In this document: positions 55,101-64,000 of the stretch, one piece after another | Layout of the letters: the number at the start of each line of letters is the position of its first letter | Numbering within the stretch: the first letter of the stretch is position 1 | Assembly (NCBI RefSeq): GCF_964355755.1 | Contig: NC_092675.1 | Location: 27,066,912 to 27,130,911, forward strand | Reading direction: 5' to 3' | From: Antedon mediterranea | Taxonomy: Eukaryota; Animalia; Echinodermata | DNA: 64,000 bases | Position numbers and translations under genes: made by a program | Notes under the pieces: model-generated | The model's database searches: none | The model's input: the letters and a program-made list of their open reading frames with translations, nothing else | What the model was told of the DNA's origin: nothing

Positions 55101-56734
55101 ACCCCAGAAGCTTTTTCCGACTTTAATTCGTTTTCCTCTCTTAGTTTTTCTTTTCTAGCATGATCTCTAGTGGCAACAAAACTATGCCTATCATGATTCT
55201 TATCCCTCTTCCCTAATAAGTCTCCAAATTTAGGAAAGTCCCTACCAAGAATTACATCTCTTGGTAAATCGCTGCAAACGCCAACCAACAAATTATGGTC
55301 TTCGTTATTAATCTTAATATTGACGAATGCAGTAGGATAGGCTTGGACATGGTCATGGACGCACCTGCATGTAATTTTAGCTTGCTCCGCGCGATTAATT
55401 TTCTTAGCCGCTACTAAATCAGAATGAACAAGTGTCATATCACATCCAGAGTCTATCAAAATTTCACAATCACACCCTTCAACTAGGCCTCTACAAATGT
55501 AAGGTGTACATGGTTTTGAAACAGTATCTGTCTTTGTCGACAAAAAGCCATCCTTACTTCGACAAAATCGTTCTATGTGGCCTACTTTTTTGCACCGTCT
55601 ACAAACGAGAGGTTGTCTAGCGTCAGATTGTGATTTATGAAAGTTATCAGGGGGATTATTATTACCCTTACTGTCAACTTCAGGAGTGCCTTTCACTGTT
55701 TTCTCCTGGTTGTTTCTATTTTCGTGTTTTCTATTTTGAAACTTTTTCTCAAAATCGATACCTTTTCTAGCTTGAAAATAATTATCTGCTAATTCTGCAG
55801 CATTTAATCCAGAATCTGGTTTATGTTCTTTAACCCAAATTTGTACCCCTGTGGGCATAATATCTATTAATTGCTCTAAAATAACAATTTCAGCTAAATC
55901 ATCTTTGCTTTTATCAGCAGGTCTAGCCCACTTAGTAAATAAATCTTTTAACCTAACATACATTTCTCTATAACTTTCTTCACTTTTCTTTTTAATTGAC
56001 CTAAACCTTTGCCTATATGTCTCTTCAGTTATGTCATACCTTTGTAATATTGCTTTCTTCACTATGTCGTACTGGTTACTTTCTGTCACTGGTAGTGATG
56101 CATAGGCTGCTCTTGCTTTGCCTGTCAAATGAGGTATTAGTTTTACTACCCAGTGTTCTTTTCGCCACTCATAGGTGTTAGCAATTCGTTCAAACGTAGT
56201 GAGATAATTTTCAATATCATCACTATCAGAAAGTTTTGCAATCTGAACTTCCTTCAATCTCATCATGTCTTTTAATCGTTTCTCCTCACTGTCCTTTTGC
56301 TTATCCATTAACGCCATTACTAACGCTTGCTGTTTCTCCATATCTTCCCTACGTAAACGTTCTTGTCTTTCCATATCTTCTTTGCGTAAACGTTCTTGTG
56401 TTTCCATATCTTCTTTGCGTAAACGTTCTTGTTTTTCCATATCTTCTTTGCGTAAACGTTCTTGTTGTTCCATCATCTGCTGCATCATAAGATTCTGTTG
56501 TTGCATTTGCTGCTGCATTTGCTGCTGCATTTGCTGCTGCATTTGCTGCTGCATCAACAACAAAACATCTTTTGAAGATGAGTCAGCCCCTGTAGGGTTA
56601 TGTCCACTGGTTGGTCCAGACTCTTCTGCCTGTTGTTCAGGTTGTACTGATTGAACTGATTCTACATCCGAATCAGTTTCATCGCCACCGCTGTATTCTC
56701 TACCGGATCTTGTTGTTGATTGTTTATCAGCCAT
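52160..56734 (-). CDS. Gag-Pol polyprotein (SCAN-like capsid, CCHC knuckle, protease, integrase, RT, RNase H), 1524 aa
   Basis: YRQRFR..LEQL..WVKEHKP; CRRCKKVGHIERFC; LIDSG; H..LAGH..C..C, IAMDIVGP, TDQGSNF, GLVERFN; LDLCKGYWQ, YMDD; QTDAS, EKECLA, NADGLSR. Uninterrupted ORF. Confidence 0.97.
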   Translation of the reverse strand: MADKQSTTRSGREYSGGDETDSDVESVQSVQPEQQAEESGPTSGHNPTGADSSSKDVLLLMQQQMQQQMQQQMQQQMQQQNLMMQQMMEQQERLRKEDMEKQERLRKEDMETQERLRKEDMERQERLRREDMEKQQALVMALMDKQKDSEEKRLKDMMRLKEVQIAKLSDSDDIENYLTTFERIANTYEWRKEHWVVKLIPHLTGKARAAYASLPVTESNQYDIVKKAILQRYDITEETYRQRFRSIKKKSEESYREMYVRLKDLFTKWARPADKSKDDLAEIVILEQLIDIMPTGVQIWVKEHKPDSGLNAAELADNYFQARKGIDFEKKFQNRKHENRNNQEKTVKGTPEVDSKGNNNPPDNFHKSQSDARQPLVCRRCKKVGHIERFCRSKDGFLSTKTDTVSKPCTPYICRGLVEGCDCEILIDSGCDMTLVHSDLVAAKKINRAEQAKITCRCVHDHVQAYPTAFVNIKINNEDHNLLVGVCSDLPRDVILGRDFPKFGDLLGKRDKNHDRHSFVATRDHARKEKLREENELKSEKASGVISHQLDDVINFQEEFGHLDGQLLSNNPPKEKVHKTRSEKRKVRKEFAKTKEAQSSQDSELDILDIGRDKIKDYQVKDRTLISLREQMLVQKDDDTIKIVCKDGILFRQVFTKHQTEPIEQLVVPYPCRNSVLKVSHDIPLAGHLGRKKTLDRIKQRFFWPGIRKDVTEYCNTCENCQKTSKYKTKLKAPMIPMPIISEPFRRIAMDIVGPLARSKTGNKYVLVICDYATRYPEAIPLRSIEAPKIADELIKLFSRVGVPTEILTDQGSNFTSKLLSQIYKLLSIKGLTTSPYHPQTDGLVERFNGTLKAMIRKFVQDDPREWDKLLPYLLFAYREVPQESTGFSPFELLYGWKVRGPLDIMKEMWTGTVTGPQSVVSHVVKMRDRLTSMKDLVQENIELSQTRQKQKYDQKSVCREFSPGDEVLLLLPSSNDALEAKWQGPYKVLRKLGPVNYEVETNDKRKKSKVYHINLLKQFHRRTIEVMLAINDVTGQDEGQDKDISWSNISSSNLTLDSGEGLDESQLSDLAEVFSEFDSVLQDKPGKTTVIKHDIEMNLGVHPVRLRAYPIPQAKLGKVKEEIESMLELGVIEESHSPWSSPYIMVPKPDGTARFCVNYKKVNSLSKFDAYPMPRIDEIIGRVGPAKFITKLDLCKGYWQVPLTERSKPYTAFSTPMGLYQFKYLPFGLHGAPATFQRMMDQLLRKKESYAAAYMDDLVIFSPDWESHIHHLRDIFQTLKQANLTVKPAKCSFAHSKVHYLGYVVGEGMIRPQKTKVEAVVQWENPKTKKDVKSFLGLTGYYRKFIPNYADIAAPLTDLTGKKHPDKIKWTPECEDALVKLKQALCSDPVLRNPDFNAEFILQTDASDRGLGAVLSQLGPDGTDHPVLYLSRKMFPREQNYATIEKECLAIKWAVESLRYYLLGRKFKIVTDHQPLKWLVEMKETNKRLTRWSLDLQPYCFTVVHRRGISNGNADGLSRKPLT

Positions 56735-57065
56735 ATTTTAAATCTGGATGAGGGTCTTGTTACTAGTTAATCGTAGTTACCGAGACGTTCACAAGTCTAC
56801 TGTTCCAAATAAATAATGTACTGTTCTTAAAACAATGTTTGTGTACTTACGATTAAACAAAACGTAGCACTGCGGCTTCCGTAAAATATCACAGTATCGT
56901 AAGTACCGCTTTCACAAAATATCAATAAAGTACAGTTGATCCTAAACAGCCACCAATCTATGGCAAAATACAGTAGATCAAACTGCTACCACAAAATATC
57001 ACAACCGTAGATAAATACACAGTTAAGTCGAACAGTAGATCGAAATAACCGCTGCCACCAAATTA

Positions 57066-57513
57066 TGTCACGAACTCCTCTTACGTATGTTTCCGAGCGG
57101 TTGAAAATACTTTAGGAACTCCCTTGTGACATAAAAGTATACACACAAAATCCACAAAGTTGTAAAATAACTCAAAAACAAAGCTTTAATTTCAATCAAC
57201 TTCAACTTTTAACAATCCAGTAAGCACTTTAAACAACAGCTTCACAATGACTTTACAATATAACATCCAACCTCTAATCCAACAACCTTACAATAGTTTA
57301 CATCCCTTTATATACAAGATGCTCCTATCCTTCTAGATCATTCTTTATACTTCTCATTATTACATGATTACAGTTTCTATTAATAGCACTTCTGGAATGT
57401 TCTTGATTGTTCTTATTAATTATACATGGTTTATTAAATCAAAACATCTTATTCTAGAATGTTCATGTAAATATTATGTTACTCTATATGTTAGGGAATG
57501 GTAATTTATTACA
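57066..57513 (-). repeat. 5' LTR
   Basis: Direct repeat of 51485-51932; adjacent to the PBS. Confidence 0.97.
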
Positions 57514-57899
57514 ACACATACATTTGAATAATTGTCATCTTAAAAGGTATAACTGATGCCTAAAAACAGAGTTTACGTTAATATACAGGATTTGTGTCCA
57601 TTATGATAAGGTAAGAAAATAAAAAGGAATCAATAAAATAATTAAATTATTACCATCAAGTCTTTTGATAGTTTTAATAGTTTATCTTTTAAATCATTCG
57701 TCCATTTCTTCTGAGCCTTATGTAAATTATGCATAAATTCGTTTGTTAATAAATGCTTTAATTCATAGCAAAATAGTCTCCAAATTATTTTTTATTCCTG
57801 ATTTTGTTTCTTTTCTTTTCTTATTACTAAACACGATTTATAAATGCAAAAAGTAAATATTGAAGTAAGTTCATTTACTGTTTTCGTTTCCGATCCTTT

Positions 57900-58273
57900 A
57901 ACAATATTACGCCATGTTATATCAAACTTTTTCTACAAAACAGTTCGAGATCAAAAACTTAAATACAATCCATATGGGTTTAATCTCATTACATGAAAAT
58001 AACAAATATTTTTCATTTTTAATTTCATTACATCTTTCACATATGTCATATATAGAAAGATTCCAAATTTGTAGCTTACTTTTACACGCAAGAATGTGCG
58101 ATGTAGTAGTTTGAAATTGAATTGCGCAACTTTTGTGATATGTTGCATAGAAAACACCTTGTTCAAAAAGTGTAATTTTGAAATTCTATCTCCCATTTTC
58201 TTTGTGCTATAGGAGTTGATATTACATTTTCCACAAATAAATTATAAAGTAGTTTTGCATTAAGTAAAAGCAA
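57900..58273 (-). mobile_element. Degenerate L1/Tx1-type LINE ORF2 C-terminal fragment
   Basis: KVAQFNFKLLHR, then in another frame ENEKYLLFSCNEIKPIW, resembling the L1 zf-RVT C-terminal region. Confidence 0.45.
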
Positions 58274-61045
58274 AGCAAATTGTTTGGTGAATTCGTAAAT
58301 GAATTCGCGTTGCTAACAGTGGTACTAACATGTGTTGTTAGATCTAATCGTGCCGTTGTTAGATCCAATCGTGGCGTTGTTAGATCCAATCGTGACGTTG
58401 TTAGATCCAATCGTGACGTTGTCATTTCTGTCGTCAATTGGCATATTCCAGGAGTTAACTCTATAATAAAGTTTAGATATTTCAATAATGAGTGATAAGT
58501 CATTCACTTCTTGCTTGGTCGGACAAGTAAACATTTAATGTAAGGTAATAATCTGACAATAGTTGGAAATTGATAATAATCATATGCATTACTACCCAAA
58601 CAAGTTAAGATTTTATAAGCCAGAGTATGATATTCTCATTAAACGCCATCAATATGTTTTATTTTAATCAATCGTGGTATGTTCAGTTTTTTTTAATAGA
58701 CAGTAGGCCTACATATATTGTTTCCTTTTCTATATTATTTTCATGGACGTAATAATAGCAGCAACAATCCATATTAAGCCTACTCGTTCAATATAATAGA
58801 TGCATTAGCTATTTTCACTTGGTCAGAAAAAGTTAACGTTGTTAGTTGGGTATGCATGTAATAATATTGTAAACACGTTGTTAATACTCACCAGTAGATT
58901 CACAGATAATGGTGTTTATCTTATCAGTTGCTGAACAGTCCATGTTTTCACTATTTACGGTATTTGAAAATGTTCCATCATACACATTGATTATTGCGCA
59001 TCCCTTGTTGAGATTTTTCTGGGGTAGTTCTGATTCTACATGGACATTAATTATACTACGAGAATAGATATGAAGAACATCTAAAACGTTATCTATTAAT
59101 TGATCGTATTCATCAACACTATTTATAACAGTAATGTTCCCGCCAATCATTTCGCATTCCCGTTGAACATCAATACACGATCTTTGTTGATTGCTCACTC
59201 TTTTAAATGTATAGCAGTTAGGGTTGCTGTATACGGTTCTAACTGCAAACAAACACAACATTACACTGACAATTAGGCCTACCGAAACATCAAAATGCAA
59301 TAAGTATCGTTAATAATTAATTTAACCGCTATTTAAACTGTTGTCTTATATTCTCAGACTCATGCCCTTAACAATTTTGGCTATTTGACTCGTTTTAACG
59401 GATTTGACTCGTTTTAACTGATTTGACTCGTTTTAATTGATTTGACTCGTTTTAACTGATTTAACTCGTGTTAACTGATTTGACTCGTGTTAACTGATTT
59501 GACTCGTTTATTCTAATTGTATTATCATCACGTATTACATGTTTGTTTCTGTAACTTTCTCTTTTGTATTGTTTCCCTTTTATGTACTGTGTTTTTAGCA
59601 ATTAAAGTACATTAGTTAATCAATAAATAAAGCTTATCACTGTAGCACCTGTATCTTGCGTTCGTCCTTCTGGATCTTGGATTTTCCATCCTCCATTTTC
59701 AGGGTATATCAGGGAGCAATTATTCACATCTGAACAATCAAAACCACTGTAAAACACAAATAAATAAAATTAATGAATAAGAGATTTAATTTCGAACTTT
59801 GCGAATGGCCCGTTGTTTCGTTTATCTTTATAAATACAAATACATAGGTCTATATAAAATCATGTTGTATCTGTTTTAGAAGAAACTCGACCAATAGAAA
59901 CATTCATAAACTTAAAAAAACAGAATCATATATCATATCAATTAATATTAAGTGCTAACTTTCAGTATTTCGTGTTTAAGTTTCAACAATCCAAAGTTAG
60001 CTTGGTCAAGACAGTGGAAATCGGCAAAGGTTCAGGCCACACTTGCTCCATGGTTCTGGTAGTAGATCAAGATCTCGGATATGGTCCAGTGTACACAAAA
60101 TGCTCACGTGCACTTTAAAGTACCTATATCTTTCGAGACGAGTATAGACCCCCTTTTATGGTTCAAACAGCCATTACTTTAAAAGTAGGCCTTCTTGTAA
60201 TCCGTAATAATCAATTTCTTGATTGAACTTACGACGATGAAGATAAATAACTAATATTACGGAAGTTATTGCAGTAACTTAGTTTTAGCGTTTTTTCCAT
60301 TATTATTATGTTTTCTTTATCTTTAAGAATTACTATTACTGTTATTATGAAAAAATGTCAACGAAGAATTCAACCATTCATTTTATGTTTGAGAATATTA
60401 AATGTTAGTATGAAGACTTGTTGTCGTACAGAATGTAGATCTAGATTTACATACATAATACTGTCAATAATGTGCCCTGATGGAAAGCTCAATAAACACG
60501 GTGATGTTCCATCATGTTAACTAGTAGGTCTATACACACCTACAAACACAATTATATATATGTTTTTATTCGACGGTTATTCTAAACGAATATTATCGTT
60601 TGTAAAATCAACACTATTTCGATCCATCTAGGCCTGTTTGTGTGCGTAAAAGAATAGCCAATGGCCAATGGCCAATGTAAATAGGTTGGGTAATCATCAG
60701 GAATAGTCCTGAACAGGGAGATGAGCGCCCCTGCCCACCGATGAGTTTCGGGATCCCTTTGACCCGGAGGGAGGGTCCCTACCAAGGGTTACAGGTCCCA
60801 GGTTTTTAGTTGTTTTTAAAATTAATTAGTGTTCCATGACCTTCTCATCAAAATTAACGTCTCTCATTGTTGTGCTATGTCAACATAATGTCAATGACGG
60901 CGAAATGTCTCCAATAATGGGTATAGCATGCAAACAAGTAATAAGTAAGTAAGTTTGATAATACTTACGGAGGACATGTTGCACCACTCCATGTTATTAA
61001 CATGCATATTACCGAGACACATTTCAGCCATTGTGAGCTGTGCAT
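58222..61045 (-). CDS. Paralogue H: close relative of F lacking TM and tail (putative secreted CTLD protein, ~254 aa, or pseudogene)
   Basis: Exons 60969-61045 (MHSSQWLKCVSVICMLITWSGATCP), 59649-59746, 58892-59242, 58222-58460 (ELTPGICQL, four TT[SPA]RLDL units, FTNSPNNLL, then foreign CFYLMQNYFIIYLWKM*). Confidence 0.7.
59383..59510. repeat. 19-bp minisatellite (ATTTGACTCGTTTTAACTG) x~6.5
   Basis: Direct tandem units in intron 2 of H. Confidence 0.85.
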
Positions 61046-61955
61046 GTTGCTGCTTCCACAACTATCGTTTTTTATAGAATAACACGGAAATTACTACTGT
61101 ACCGTACTTATTATTATAGAGCAAGGACGTATGCGCAATCCAAGCAAGTTGATCAATGGCAACCGACAGTTTGAATACTCCATCGGTGGTGATTTGTCAA
61201 ATAATATACGTTGCGTTTACATCCTTGCGTTGCGCGTCCTGTGGGAACCACGTTTAAGGAAATAACAAAAAACGTCGTAAAGGAAAAAAATGTTATACTG
61301 CAATATACACTACCCTGGCAAATATAACCGAAGTATGCTTGTTTTACATACATGTTCACGGCTTGTTTTTATCTATTTCTTAATTCTCAGTCAATGTATT
61401 TTATTAACCAATAAGCTTTTATTCGATACATTTATGTTTTTTTTCCCATCGTACTAATTCATTGTCTTTTTAAAATCTTGGTTTGAGCTACAAACATGCT
61501 TATTAGTATAACTCTGTGTTCAATTAATAATATTATAATTCTATTATTACACATATCAATATAGCCTACATAATACATATTAACACAATTAAAATAATTT
61601 TTTTTAATAAAAAAAAAATGTATAAACTAATATTTTCCCATTCCCATTTTTGTTAGCCTTTCTCTCTGTCCTATATTACATATCACATTTTTTTCTTAAT
61701 AGAATGTCATGTTTGAAAAGTTTTTGTTAACTGGCAGTTATTTGTAAAACCTACAAATATCTATTTTTTGGTACAAAATAAAAGAAAATATCACAATATT
61801 ATGCTCTTCATCCTTTACTGTAACTCTATATATATATATTCTTTTTTGCAATAAATGTACGTGTTTTGTTGCAAAGAGTTTATTCTCTGTATACCTAGGC
61901 CTATGCATAAGGATATGGCATACAACGAGTAGACCATATTCATAAAAAGTACAGA

Positions 61956-63561
61956 TTACAGTTCTTTCACTATGGCGTATGTAGAAATCACATTGCTTTG
62001 TTTACAGTCGCTTTCTTCTCCTTGTTCCAGTAGTACATGTGATTCACTGTGCCCCGCCGGTTTCTTGACTTTTAACTCATCAAATATTTCTTTTTCGCAT
62101 AAAGGTTTAAATGTTGGCTGGTTATCAGGTATTTCCAACTTAAATGAAAAACATGTACACAAATTTAATAACATATTGTAGGACTACTTGCCGTGGAAAC
62201 AAGGCGTGTAGTTGCAAAAGACTGAGTGGCTTAAGGCCAGGTGGCACATTGACCGGGTGGCACAAGAACAAACATGGGTTCTTCGAGTCGCAGGTCACTC
62301 TCGTACATTAGGCCTACCATCGTAAGTGTAGGCCTTATAAATGAAAGTAAGTTTGTCAACTAATTACCTTAAAGAAATGTGGTTCTGGAAGTGGTTCCAT
62401 GTGACTTTTAAACTTTTTTATCTTCACCCAGCAAACACAGCTTAGTAAGAACACCACTGTGACACAGGCCAGTGTTATAGCATACACATACAACGATACT
62501 GAAAAAGTAAAAGCGTATTGAAATTTAAGGCACTTTCAAAACATCAATGCAAAGAAACAAGATTAGAATTATCGTTTTTAAAAAAGTTGTTATGATAACA
62601 TAACAAATATAGAAAAGAAAATAACTGAAAATATACAAGATTATAACTATCGTTAAAAAATAACCCATCGTTAGATTTGAATTTCACCGAAAAAAAAAAT
62701 TAAGGAACATTATTTGATTGTGATTGTACTATATACCATTGAAATTTAGTAGATTAAAAACACCTTCTTAAAATAATTTGCTTATAGTTGATAAGATAAA
62801 ATCCATTGTTTTTAGAGATGTTTTTCCTTTTATGATGCATTACGTTACTCCTCTTTTTACTAAGTTATCAATATTAACCAACAGGAATGTATTTATTTGG
62901 TTATATAATATTAATGACCGTATAATTGTTGCTAAATTATGGGTTTCAAATACAACGACACACGCTGTATATCATGTTCTCACCTGATTGTGCAATATCT
63001 TCTGATGTTGGAATGACAACAATTGAAGGTTCTGTACTACCAATAGCATTATAGGCTGATATATACGCTGTATAGTTAATGTTTCTTTTTAATCCTGTGT
63101 AAATTACATTTCAAATGATAAGTTTCTCTTAACTCTTTCTCTCTCTCTTTTATACACCATAATAGATATGCTAACATATATTAATAATCATGTGTGGCAA
63201 AGTTTTAGGAGTATTAAGTCGAAATGTATTCTAGATCCTTCTCTACATCATCATTAGCATCAACATTATCATAATAAGAGCTGCTGGGAGCAGGAAGGCT
63301 AGTATACCACCAAACTCACCGTTTTTATTTCACTATCATTCGGGAAATTACCCCATGACGTCCAGTAATTATGAAACTAAATTATACTATATATATATTT
63401 TTTTGTTAGCTCCTTGAATTTTAGAATTACATCTATAACTAACCAGGTATTAGTAATGACGTTTGATTGGCTGGAACCTGGAATTGCTGGGATGCTTCCA
63501 CCGACTCCAGTTGTATGTTATAACCAAGGAGAATTCCTCGACGATTATTCAATGGAAGTTC
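61956..63561 (-). CDS. 3' exons of a gp130/LIFR/Domeless-like type I cytokine receptor (FN3-TM-short tail); 5' part lies beyond the window
   Basis: Exons 63444-63561 (ELPLNNRRGILLGYNIQL..), 62984-63094 (GLKRNINYTAYISAYNAIGS, FN3 strands), 62368-62498 (TM LYVYAITLACVTVVFLLSCVCWV; Box1-like EPLPEP), 61956-62138 (..STYAIVKEL*). Phases 1,1,0 are consistent. Confidence 0.75.
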
Positions 63562-64000
63562 CTAAGTAAAAACAATCAAAATTATGTTTCATTGAATTGA
63601 TAATTTTTTTTGTTAGCACCCATGTCTCGGTACTGTATCTAGATATGTCCATAATCGGGAAAATTCCGTAATACAGTAGTCTTGTGTTTTCCAATGACAA
63701 TGGACAACGTATGTTGAGATACGGCAGTGGGATAGAAAATCCTGCATGTATATGCGAAACATTGTATTATAGCTGCATTGTTGAATACCTGATGCATCCC
63801 TGTGGATGACCTGCAGCAGTATTCACATACAGTAGTAGTACACATCTGTTATAATACATGTAGGAAACGTAATACATTACGGTAGAGAATATATAGAGAA
63901 TGAATAAGAAGAAAAAAAAAGAAGCTAACCATCCATGAAATAAGTACATCTCTCAATGTGTTTTTATTGTATTCAAGCTTCGGTAGCACTGGTACCAAAC

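Larger units (their letters stand above)
51485..57513 (-). mobile_element. Full-length Gmr1-like Ty3/Gypsy LTR retrotransposon
   Basis: 448-bp LTRs 51485-51932 and 57066-57513 (TG...CA; 2 mismatches seen), ACAC target-site duplication, PBS TGGTGGCAGCGGT (57048-57060, complementary to a tRNA-Leu-type 3' end), PPT AGAAAGAGGGGGGAG next to the 3' LTR. Confidence 0.97.

Noticed and set aside
52835-56654. Plus-strand ORFs including a Cys-rich 129-aa ORF
   Set aside because: Antisense shadows of the Gypsy polyprotein and its coding repeats.

Overview
AT-rich, intron-containing eukaryotic DNA, inferred to be from a marine invertebrate (possibly an echinoderm or other deuterostome). I assembled spliced genes by hand from GT-AG junctions and conserved intron phases. 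Most of the window is a head-to-tail minus-strand array of eight paralogues (called A-H here) of a receptor family I cannot name. The shared layout is a signal exon, a small Cys/Trp exon, an atypical C-type-lectin-like domain (CTLD) exon, a Ser/Thr stalk + TM exon and a Tyr-motif tail exon, with intron phases 2-1-1-1. B and D have long multi-Tyr tails, E and F have short ITIM tails, C is frameshift-truncated, G lacks the CTLD and has a Pro/Thr-rich stalk, H has lost its TM (putatively secreted), and A's tail runs off the window. The array abuts the 3' end of a gp130/Domeless-like FN3 cytokine receptor gene. Mobile elements: an intact Gmr1-like Gypsy LTR retrotransposon, a decayed L2 LINE with an unusual ORF1, several Helentron-type non-autonomous elements, an AcademH-like element, Harbinger-like MITEs, a tRNA SINE, and RTE and L1 fragments. 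All calls are from manual reading; no database searches were run.
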